From NCBI GenBank assembly GCA_048213135.1, contig PS015130.1, positions 56,785 through 99,969 on the forward strand: a stretch of 43,185 bases of DNA, written 5' to 3'. The translations under genes were made by a program, and so were the position numbers. Shown here piece after piece: positions 1 to 10,138 of the stretch. Source of the stretch: Reclinomonas americana ATCC 50394 (lineage: Eukaryota). The notes beneath the pieces were generated by a model that worked only from the letters and a program-made list of their open reading frames with translations, made no database searches and was not told the DNA's origin. Position 1 is the first letter of the stretch; each line of letters starts with the position of its first letter.

Positions 1-803
1 AATGCGCTGCACAAAGGAAACGGCGATTACGAAGAGAGTTGCGACATGCTGCTGCTCCGCCAACGCGCTCACCATCAAGGACAGTCTCGCCGGCCACGGT
101 TTGGTACCCTACGCACCAAACTCGTGAACTCAAGACGCTCTCCGATGATTTGGCACTCAATTCAGCGACGACAAACATACCGTATTCTTACAAGACCAGA
201 TGCACGTCACAGTCTGTCCGGCATTCAGCGTCACTCCTTCCTCCGGGCACTCGAGCGTGGCGCCGACAGCCAGCTGCGGAAGCCGCAGTTCCGGCAACCC
301 AAACGCCAGACCCTCCGACTCCATCTCGCCCCTCAGACTAAACACGTCAGCCGCACTCGGCGACCGCACCACCGACAATGCCGACAACGCTGCGGCATGA
401 GGTGGTGGCGAGAAGCCACTGGGAGCCGCCAATCCACCCGATGATCCGCCAGCACCATTCACAGTGCCCCTGCGTGATCGAGATGTTGGCTGCAGTGGCC
501 GGACCAACTCCGCAGCCAAGTTGGCCACCTGCATGGAGCGACGATCACAAGGGTGTCAGCGCTGCGTCACGCACAGCCGGGATCTTGCAGTGATCACACA
601 CCTCGATGGGAATACCGACGTCGGTGAGCTTCTGCAGGAAGCTCTGCGTTCCCCTCGAGTGCAGCACATCGCTCATTTGCTGTGCTGACAGCAGCTCGCC
701 CATGTCCGAGTACTGCATAAGCGCGTGATACTCGTCGACATCGTACTCCTGCAAGCCGAGCTGCATCTGAATCACGCGCAGAACATCCAAGCAACTCGAG
801 ACT
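1..803 (-). CDS. Partial multi-exon gene containing an NBR1/ILRUN-type FW (Ig-like) domain; runs off the window start, 5' exons lie in or beyond the 882-1462 gap
   Basis: Spliced minus-strand exons (about 803-601, 531-181, 108-73) with GT..AG boundaries read ...LDVLRVIQMQLGLQEYDVDEY...|VANLAAELV...GVTLNAGQTVTCIWSCKNT|GTKPWPARLSLM. The WxxxNxGxxxWP pattern matches the NBR1 FW domain. A further minus-strand exon ending in a GTAAGT donor near 1488 may belong to this gene. Confidence 0.55.
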
Positions 804-881
804 GTCGCGTGTGTTGTGTGCGTGTGTGAGTGATCGAGCGGGGAGGGAGAGAGAGTGTGTGCGTGTGTGTATGCGTGCGCA

Positions 882-1462
882 NNNNNNNNNNNNNNNNNNN
901 NNNNNNNNNNNNNNNNNNNNNNNNNNNNNNNNNNNNNNNNNNNNNNNNNNNNNNNNNNNNNNNNNNNNNNNNNNNNNNNNNNNNNNNNNNNNNNNNNNNN
1001 NNNNNNNNNNNNNNNNNNNNNNNNNNNNNNNNNNNNNNNNNNNNNNNNNNNNNNNNNNNNNNNNNNNNNNNNNNNNNNNNNNNNNNNNNNNNNNNNNNNN
1101 NNNNNNNNNNNNNNNNNNNNNNNNNNNNNNNNNNNNNNNNNNNNNNNNNNNNNNNNNNNNNNNNNNNNNNNNNNNNNNNNNNNNNNNNNNNNNNNNNNNN
1201 NNNNNNNNNNNNNNNNNNNNNNNNNNNNNNNNNNNNNNNNNNNNNNNNNNNNNNNNNNNNNNNNNNNNNNNNNNNNNNNNNNNNNNNNNNNNNNNNNNNN
1301 NNNNNNNNNNNNNNNNNNNNNNNNNNNNNNNNNNNNNNNNNNNNNNNNNNNNNNNNNNNNNNNNNNNNNNNNNNNNNNNNNNNNNNNNNNNNNNNNNNNN
1401 NNNNNNNNNNNNNNNNNNNNNNNNNNNNNNNNNNNNNNNNNNNNNNNNNNNNNNNNNNNNNN
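882..1462. other. Assembly gap (others at 5543-5786, 6426-6445, 12663-12682, 40596-40718)
   Basis: Runs of N. Confidence 1.
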
Positions 1463-1712
1463 CTGTCGAGAAGCTCTCTTATACTTACGTAGATGAGCTC
1501 GTCTGGCTGCATGCGCACACAGAAATGCAAGACGTCGACGTCGACTTGCACGGCTGTATATACAGCAATGCGTATCCTTGGAGAAGTGGTGTGAATGCGC
1601 AGACCGCAGTCCACTGAGAGCAGTAGTGTGGGGGAGCATCCTGGTCGAAATCGCGTCGAAACGCGCCAGAGATACATATCTGTGTCCCGCACCCCCACAT
1701 TACGTCTTCATC

Positions 1713-4700
1713 ATGTCGGAGCGCGCGGTGCGTGGTTCTGCGGGTCTACGTGTGTCTCAGAGAGACCACTCGCGCCTTGGTCTTACTCTGACTCCACGCG
1801 CAGCAATTCTCACTCACGGTGACTGCGCAATTCGGCACCGGCATGGTCACCGTGGTCTTGCACAACCTGGACGCTGAGTGTACGCTGCAACAGCTGGTCG
1901 ACACCATCACGGAACGCATCCGCGCCATCGTCAGCGATGCGACGCTCCAAGTCGAGTCGATCGACCATCTCGGCGATCTGCGTGAACTGAGCGACCACAC
2001 CCTCTTATCGCTGGGCGTCCACCACGGGGCTGAGTTGACGGCCGTGGTGATCGCTGCTCCAGCGTTGCGTCACAGTGGAAGCGAGTGAGTGGATTTCAGC
2101 GCTGCCTAACCACAGCCGTCTCGCAGCGAATATGTTGACAAGCAATCGCGTTCCTCCAGTCACGATTCTGCGCGCAGTGACGCAGGCGAGGATATGGGCA
2201 ACGGAAGAGAGCAGACAAAGCGCAGCGAGGTAGACTGTGTGTCTTGTCAGGCCGTGAAACGCGCCAACTGATGCCAACTGATGCTGACGATATTTTTTTA
2301 GCTCTCTCAGGAGTTGGTGGTTCGCGTCAAAATCCATGGACAGGCTGGTGAAGTGGAGGTGTGCGGACTGCAGCGTTCGTCCACTGCAGCGCAGTTTATC
2401 GCGGCCGCCACCGAGGCGTTGCGTGAGACGACTGGGAATCAGTCGTTGCACATTGTGGAGGTGCTGAAGCCCAAGGCCTTCTCAACAAGTGCCACCCTGC
2501 ACCGTTTCAACCCGGGCACCACGTTTGTGGTGAAAGTGGGCGAATCAACGTTGCGCAATGTTCCTTCCACAAGCTCGGGTGCGCATACTTTCTTCTCAAC
2601 CGACAATCCATCTCTGTCCGCAACAGCATCGCCGAGCAGCAGGCGAGGACTGGAGACACCTCCGAGTCCACTGCTGACACCGCTCATGCGGTAACTAGCA
2701 GCGCACGGTTTTCACACGGTGCATATGGGCGCAACTCTGCCAGTTTCACGTTCCAGGTTGGCGTCATCAACTATGGACGATTGTCGGCAGCGTTGGACAT
2801 TGTCACCGAGTTGCTGCGAATCCGACTGCAGCGACTCCTGCCCGACTTCTGTCGTGCATTCGACGTCAGAGTCACCGAGTGGTACAAGCCAGATCCGCCG
2901 CGTCGGTTGCGTTTTGTAGCTTGACAAAGAGAGGTGTGAAAAGGGGAGTATTGTCACCAACTAATATGTTATTCCCTGTGTGTATTGTGTCGCTAGGCTG
3001 CGGTCGCGCACTGGTCGAGTCATGGTTGTTGATGCTGCGGACAAGTTGGCGCTGCAGAAGTGGATGGATGAGTTTGAGGCCTCCGGACGCACATCGGCTC
3101 CCAGCTGCTCAACCTTCAGCTTCATGCTGGTGTGCTCCCTTCTCCTCCATGGTGGAGTCGACGTCGACGACAGCGATAGGCACGAAGTCCTCATGAGCGA
3201 TACTATCGAAGTGCGTTTCCATCCCCGCCGTCATGACAAGTGGAAAGAATGCAGCCCCACTGACAAGTGTATACTATCCGTGACACTTGCAGCGTGGGGT
3301 CATTGATCGCCTTCGTGGCTTCCGCAATGAGGTCGTGCATCGATCTGGCACACACAATTTGGCACCAGAGGTCAACCTTTGGCTGGGAACCGACGGGAGC
3401 AACGGACAGCTTGGTATGCTCTGCGACCTCCTCCATGTTGACGAACGAGTCAAGGCCACAGCGAGAGATCACTTGAAGCAAGTTCGGCATGGTTTGTGCA
3501 CCTGTTTGCGAATCGTTGACTATTTCATGGGCATGCCTGCTGAGTTCTAGTCGTCGTTTTCCTGCAGCCAATGTGCATATCAGCACTTTCGAGGAACACC
3601 TGCATCGACTGGCTGCACGAGAGCTCTCGTTCTATGAGCACGACGAGAGTGTGCGCAAGGACATGCAGATGTATGTGCCATTGCTGTGCTCACGTGAGCG
3701 TGACGTTGCGCCGAGGGAGAAGCTGCTGGACCTATTGACGGAAGCTGATGCTTTCCTCTCTGACACCAACACCACCCACCGTGTGCTGGTTCTGTTTGGC
3801 AACAGCGGTGCCGGCAAGACCACCACCATGTCGATGTTGGCCGAGCGAGCATGGCGACAGTGGCAGGAGGCAGGAGAGAGTCGACTGCGACGAGTGCCTG
3901 TGCGTGTGCCTCTTGGTGCTCTACGCAATGCCGACGAGAGATTGCTCGAGGAGGCGTTGGAGCGACTCTCACCCGAGTTGGGATTCAGTGAATCGGATGC
4001 GCGACGGTTGAAGGAGGAACCACTGCTGTTGTTACTGGACGGGTACGATGAGTTGTATCGTGGTGTGAATCTGTTTGTCAAGAACCGGTTGGATGCATCT
4101 GTGTGTCGCGACGTAAAGGTGATTATCACCTGCCGTGAGGATTACGCACTGACGGCATTGGGTGGAGCGGCACAGTATCGACGATGTTTTGCTCCCGTGG
4201 ACGCACGCGGACAGTTATGCATGCAGCAACTGATGGAGCGACACATTGCGCCGTTCAACAAGGAGCAGATTGAGGAGTATTTCGTGAGACTGGTGAGAGT
4301 GAGTGGTGATGATGACGATATCGGTGATGTGCGATGGTCAACTGCCGAGGAGTACATTCGTGCGCTGAAGAGTGTGCATGGGCTGGATGCACTGGTGTCG
4401 AATCCCTTCCTGCTTGCAGTGGTGGCTCGTGTGTTGCCGCAGTTGGTGGCGAGTGGTGTGCAGCGACCGACACGATGCGATGTGTTTGACCGATTCATTC
4501 GACAGTGGATTGTGAGGGAGCAAGAGAGGCAGATACGGCTCGGTGCGGATCGTGTTCCCAGTGAGGAGACGTGTCTGGCGTTCTGTGAGGGACTGGCACG
4601 GCTGATGCATGAGAGGAACGTGGTGCGCGTGGTGTCTGAAGAACGAGCTTTCGAAGAAGACATTGCCGAGTTTGGTGGTGCCCCGATCAGCTTCCGTCGA

Positions 4701-7415
4701 GTTGAAGAAGGACCATTTGACAAGTTCCTCGGCCGCAAGAACCAGCATGTGCGAGTGTGCTGTCCGATTGTGCGACGGTATGGGACGGATCAGTGGGGTT
4801 TCGTGCATCTGTCGTTACTGGAGCATTGTGTGGCACGGCATGTATTTGCATGGGAGACGTGGGATGAGGAGAGGCGATTGACGATTCAAGACGTGCAGCA
4901 GCACGTGCTGGCAGTGCGGCTGCTGAATGATCGACCGCCGCTAGTTGAGCAGATTGCCGAGGTGGTGCGACGGTCACCTCGATTGCAAACGAGACTGTGG
5001 GAGGTGATTAAGATGTCACGAGAGATGGATGAGGAGGAGCGAGTGGTGACGGCAGCAGCGAATGCAGCAACGGTGTTGTGTGTGGCACAAGTGCCGTTCA
5101 GCGGGCGAGATCTGTCGGGTGTGCGAGTGAGGGGTGCGGATTTGAGGGATGCGGTGATGCACAGGACGGTGTGGAGGGGAGCGGATATGCGCGGGGTGAA
5201 TATGTGCATGGCGTATGCGAGGGAGGCGGATTTCAGGGGGGCCGATGTGACGGGGATGAAGTGGCCGAGGAAGCCGATGGTGGGGCACACTGACTGCGTA
5301 ATGTCTGTCGCTGCCACTCCCGATGGTCAGCACATTATTAGCGGGAGTATGGACAAAACAGTGCGTGTGTGGTCTGTGACGAGCGGCCAAGAGGTGCGAC
5401 GGTTCGAGGGACATGTCGGAGGTGTGCAGTCTGTCACCGTCACTCCCGATGGACAACACATAGTGAGCGGAAGTGGGGACAAATCCGTTCGAGTGTGGTC
5501 ACTGATAAATGGACAAGAAATGCGACGGTTTGAGGGGCACATNNNNNNNNNNNNNNNNNNNNNNNNNNNNNNNNNNNNNNNNNNNNNNNNNNNNNNNNNN
5601 NNNNNNNNNNNNNNNNNNNNNNNNNNNNNNNNNNNNNNNNNNNNNNNNNNNNNNNNNNNNNNNNNNNNNNNNNNNNNNNNNNNNNNNNNNNNNNNNNNNN
5701 NNNNNNNNNNNNNNNNNNNNNNNNNNNNNNNNNNNNNNNNNNNNNNNNNNNNNNNNNNNNNNNNNNNNNNNNNNNNNNNNNNNNNNACCCACCCAGCGTG
5801 CCCCTCCAGTCGCCGCACTTCTTCTCCACGCTCAACGTACCACACGCGCACCGTCTCGTCATCACTCGCACTCACAATGTGCTGGCCATCAGGAGTGATG
5901 GCGACAGAATTCACTACATCAGTGTGTCCCTCCAACCGACGCACCTCTACACCGGTTGCCAGTGACCACACTCGCACCGTCATGTCCCAACACCCACTCA
6001 CGATATGCTGACCAGAGGGGGTGACGGCAACTGACCACACTTCCCGGGAGTGACCCTCCAACCGTCGCACTTCTTCACCAGTCGCCAGTGCCCACACCCG
6101 CACTGTCTTGTCCCAGCTGCCACTCACGATGTGCTGACCGTCGGGAGTGACGGCAACAGCGTTCACCCCACCGTTGTGTCCCTCCAACAGTCTCACTTCA
6201 TCTCCACTCACGAGCGACCACACCCGCACAGTCCTGTCCCCGCTCCCACTCACGATATGTTGACCAGCGGGGGTGACAGCGACAGAATACACACAGCTGG
6301 AGTGTCCCTCCAACCGTAGCAATTCGACTCCGCTCACAAGGGACCACACGCGCACCGTCTTGTCCCCACTGCCACTCACGACGTGCTGACCATCGAGAGT
6401 GACAGCGACAGACAGCACTCCTCCCNNNNNNNNNNNNNNNNNNNNGTGCTCCGTCGCCGTCACCCCCGATGGTCAGCACGTGGTGACTGGCAGTCAAGAC
6501 AAGACGGTGCGAATGTGGTCGGCGACGACTGGTGAAGAGTTGCTGCGATTGGTGGGACACTTTTTTGGAGTATGGTCTGTCGCTGTTACCCCCGATGGCC
6601 AGTACATCGTGAGTGGCGGTGATGACGAGACAGTGCGGTTGTGGTCAATCACGAGTGGAGAGGAGGTGCGACGGCTTAAGGGACACATTGGTGCGGTGCA
6701 CTCGATTGCCGTCTCTGCTGACAGCCAGCACATTATCAGCGGAAGTGAGGACAAGACAGTGCGAGTGTGGTCACTGACGAGTGGCGAGGAGGTACGACGG
6801 CTGGCGAGGCATACGGGAGAGGTGTACTCTGTCGTCGTCACTCCCGACGGTCAGCACGTCGTAAGCGGTAGTCAAGACAAGACCGTGCGAGTGTGGTGTC
6901 TGGCGCGTGTGGAGGAAGAAGTGCAACAGCTGGAGGGACACACTGGAGGGGTGAACTCGGTTGCCGTTAGTCCAGACGGTCACCACGTTGTGAGTGGGAG
7001 CGCAGACAAGACCGTACGTGTGTGGTCGCTGGTGAGTGGGAGAGAATTGCGACGGCTGGAGGGACACACCTGTCCAGTGCGGTCTGCCGTCGTCACTTCC
7101 GATGGTCAGCACATTATCAGTGGCAGTGACGACAAGACAGTGCGCATGTGGTCGCTGGCGACCGGTGGGGAGGTGCAAAGTGTTGGTGTCGGCTTTGTTG
7201 ATTTGCAAGCGGCAAGTGCGGACGACAGTCAATGCTTAGATGGACACACTGGTCTGGTGACCTCAGTCGCGGTCTCTCCAGACGGTTCGCACATCGTAAG
7301 TGGCAGCGCGGACATGACGGTGCGCGTCTGGTCGTGCCACCACCACCGTTCCGCTCTCTTGGACCGTGTTTTCGGTTCTTTCCTTCCTGACTTTGCCGAT
7401 TCTCTCGGAGAGTAG
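1713..7415 (+). CDS. NLR-like STAND protein: UBL-like, UBL-like, HEPN (DZIP3-type), NACHT NTPase, pentapeptide repeats, 14 WD40 repeats
   Basis: Phase-consistent exons 1713-1727, 1804-2063, 2127-2229, 2311-2690, 2744-2905, 2997-3210, 3293-3491, 3568-7415, all GT..AG. Walker A GNSGAGKT at 3798-3821, Walker B LLLLDGYDE near 4025-4052, IITCR, NPFLL, WGFVHLSLLEH, AAANAATVL followed by pentapeptides (about 5097-5265), then GH...WS repeats. HEPN RNEVVH at 3323-3340. The model requires re-orienting 5787-6425. The NACHT-WD40 part is the firmest and the UBL calls are weaker. Confidence 0.8.
5282..7335 (+). repeat. Array of high-identity 126-nt (42-aa) WD40 coding repeats; 5787-6425 is in minus orientation as assembled
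   Basis: Repeated GHxxxVxSVAVTPDGQHIVSGSxDKTVRVW units: 2 before the first gap, 5 in the inverted block, 7 after. Confidence 0.92.
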
Positions 7416-7522
7416 ACGCAGTTGGAGTAGTAGTATGATGTAGATTTTCTTCTTTAAACAGTGTGACAAGACGGGCTCAATTGACAAGTGGATATTGAGG
7501 AAGCGCGTCGGCTGGTCACACA

Positions 7523-7568
7523 TCACAGTGAGGGCAGTGGTAGAAGCCGTGTCTGTACACACACACAC

Positions 7569-7599
<31 letters not shown>

Positions 7600-8975
7600 A
7601 GTCAGCATGTGCCACGCCATGCACGCCGGCGGTCGCCACAGCATTCGTACCTGTGGGTCGTAGAAACTTGGCAGAGCAGCGGGCGATTCGGCAGTGGTGC
7701 TCGTCTTTGAAGGCGAGAATGCATTGGTTCCCTGTGTGCCCAAAGGCAGCGAGTGAGTGCAAGCGGGAAACGGGGCGGGCAGGATGCTTGTTGCCATACC
7801 AGTTGCGGCGGCAGCGACTCGCTTCCGGCCAACTTCATCCGCGACTGCGAGGGGGTGTGTACTCGCCAAAGTTAGCTGCAAGAACACGGCAAGCAGACGC
7901 CCCCCCCCCCAAAAAAAATATCGTCTTACCAGCGTCGATATCTCGACTTCTACGGGGGTCGGGAGCGAGACTGCTGTTGCCGTCGTCGCGGCTGCTGATG
8001 GCACCTCGCTGGCCATGGGGAACGGCGACGCGGTGGGCGATGAGGCCGTCGGCGAGGAGGCAGAGGGCGATGACGAGGAAGCTGCCGATGAAACTGACGA
8101 CGGCGAGGCGGAGTGGAGGCCCTTGGGGCGCAGTGCGGCAGCGGATTTCGACGACGCCTGTCGTTGCATAATGCCGGGTTCAAATGGGCCGGTCGCCACT
8201 GCGTTGCCCATGCTCATGAACGGCTGCAGTGCTGGTGAGTGTCCCACGCACGGGACCATGGGTCCGGTCATTGCTGGAGAGGGCATGATGTTGGGTGGCG
8301 GCAGAGAGAAGCCCGCGGCACCTCGCGCTGTCGGTAGCATCGGACTGAATCCGCGCGTCATCTGTCCCATGGCCAACACGCCACCACTGGTGCCGATGGT
8401 GCCGGCGCCGATGAAAGGCAGGGTTCCCGGGTTGAACGGCTGCTGCAGGTCGCCGAAGCCTCCTCCAAGCAGTTGCTGCTGCTGCTGCTGCTGCATCATG
8501 CCACTTGTGGCGCCGCCGAGAAACTGTGCGTACGACGACGTCGGCAACATGGCGAGCGGTTTTATCGCCGACGACGACGGCGGCTGCATCAACTGGTGCT
8601 GCAGTGGCGGCGGTGCCGGTGGCAACGGGAACATGTTGGCAGCGCTGAGATGTGGCGCACCGACGTTGATGGTTGGCTGCGGCCGCGCGCCACTCCACTG
8701 GCCAGTCCGTCTTCGTTTCTTGCGCTCGTTCTCGAACCAAACTGAGGGAATGGTGAAAAATGTGCAACCAATGAAAAAAACCCAAACACACAGCAAGTGG
8801 CTCCACGTACTGTTGATTGAGCGAGCGGAGCGCTGCAACTCGGCAGCCAGTACTTGCTTTCTCCGTTGATCCGGGTACTGAGCGAGTGGTGGGTACTGAG
8901 TACAAGCTCGACAACAAAGAAACAGACAAGGGACTGGAGGTCACAGTTCGCGAATGAAGACACGGAGAGGAAGAC

Positions 8976-9008
<33 letters not shown>

Positions 9009-9340
9009 GTAACGCGTGCAACGTGAGTGTCAGTGACAACAAAAAATACAACATGAGGAGAAGTATGGGCAAGAATTGGGGTGCGAATGTTGTCGCACAT
9101 ACTTGACTGACTTTTCCACCACATCTCTCAAGTATCTCCCTCACTGACAGCTCTCCCACTGTTTGTTCGCGTGTTCGTGCGAGCGTGGCACACGAGTGTC
9201 TGAGTGCTACAGTGTGTGAGTGTGTGTGTTGTCTGGTGACGCACTGGATTGGAGTCAAACTCGGCTCTGAGACGCGCCTTGGCGTCGCTGGAGAACTTGA
9301 GGTACTCACGTCGTCGATCGTTGGCAACCATGCTCAGCAT
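7523..9340 (-). CDS. Homeodomain transcription factor with long Pro/Gln/Ser-rich tail
   Basis: Exons 9340-9245, 8877-8811 and 8741 onward splice to RRREYLKFSSDAKARLRAEFDSNP|YPDQRRKQVLAAELQRSARSIN|IWFENERKKRRR, showing homeodomain residues L16, F20, NPYP and W48-F49-N51-R53. The 3' exon structure and stop near 7523 are tentative. Confidence 0.85.
7556..7598. repeat. (CA)n microsatellite
   Basis: Direct reading; probably inside the last intron of the homeobox gene. Confidence 0.9.
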
Positions 9341-10138
9341 AATGGCGGCAGAGGTCGCCGCCGCAGAGGGGTAACTCTGTGTGAAAAAACGCACATTTGT
9401 AGACGTATGGGCGCGAAGAAACGGCAGCAACAGTGTGTCACTCTGCGCGCGCGCGCGTGTGTGTGGTGCGAGGTTGTGTTTCGCTGTTACGAACCGCTTG
9501 TAGAGAGGGAGACTGAGGATGCTGATGCGCCATGGTGTGTGTGTGTGTGCGTGTGCTGCGCAAAGAGCACACAATTTTCACTACCTTTTGCCCAACCGGC
9601 GGACTTGATTCGTGTGCGACTTCAAGTGGGGTCCTTTGGTGCACTTTCCTCGACATTGTCACCGGCACTGACTCCCAGTGTGTGTTGCGCGTGACACAAC
9701 ACCACACGTCGTGCACTAGTACTTACCGCGCATATTTACCGCGGTATGGCCTCACGAAGCGGCCAAGCGCGAGCGCGCGCAGCATTGCGGTTTTGCTATC
9801 GAGCATACCACTCCTCATGTGCACAATAGTCACACGCACAGACACGCGAACATGGACAGTTTTGCAACATTCATGGCAGTCGTCAAAGTTTCACTCACCT
9901 TCGATTTTTGCCTGCAACTCCTTGACTCCGCGCGAAAAAACGGTCACGAAAGTGTCGGCGGCGATATCGCAGCGACCAACAAAACACGGGTGGCGCACGT
10001 GGCACACGTGACCTGGAGACGAATTCATTATGTTCCCATCACCAGGCATGCACGCAACTAAACGACAACGGACTGGGCAACAACACACGAAAAGAAGAAA
10101 GAACAAATGTACACACATCATCAATACGGTATCTGTTG

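Noticed and set aside
545-1698. ORFs spanning N gaps
   Set aside because: They are open only because N codons are not read as stops.
7170-7240. Roughly 18-aa insertion between the last two WD40 repeats
   Set aside because: It could be an in-frame loop or a short GC-AG intron; not decidable without transcripts.
5282-7335. Regularly spaced repeats resembling a CRISPR array
   Set aside because: They are 126-nt in-frame WD40 coding units without unique spacers; eukaryotic context and no cas genes.
7757-8869. 370-aa plus-strand ORF
   Set aside because: Antisense to the low-complexity exon of the homeobox gene.
9345-10135. Short ORFs in the long spacer upstream of the homeobox gene
   Set aside because: Rich in microsatellites, with no recognisable motifs or consistent exon chain; treated as UTR/promoter.
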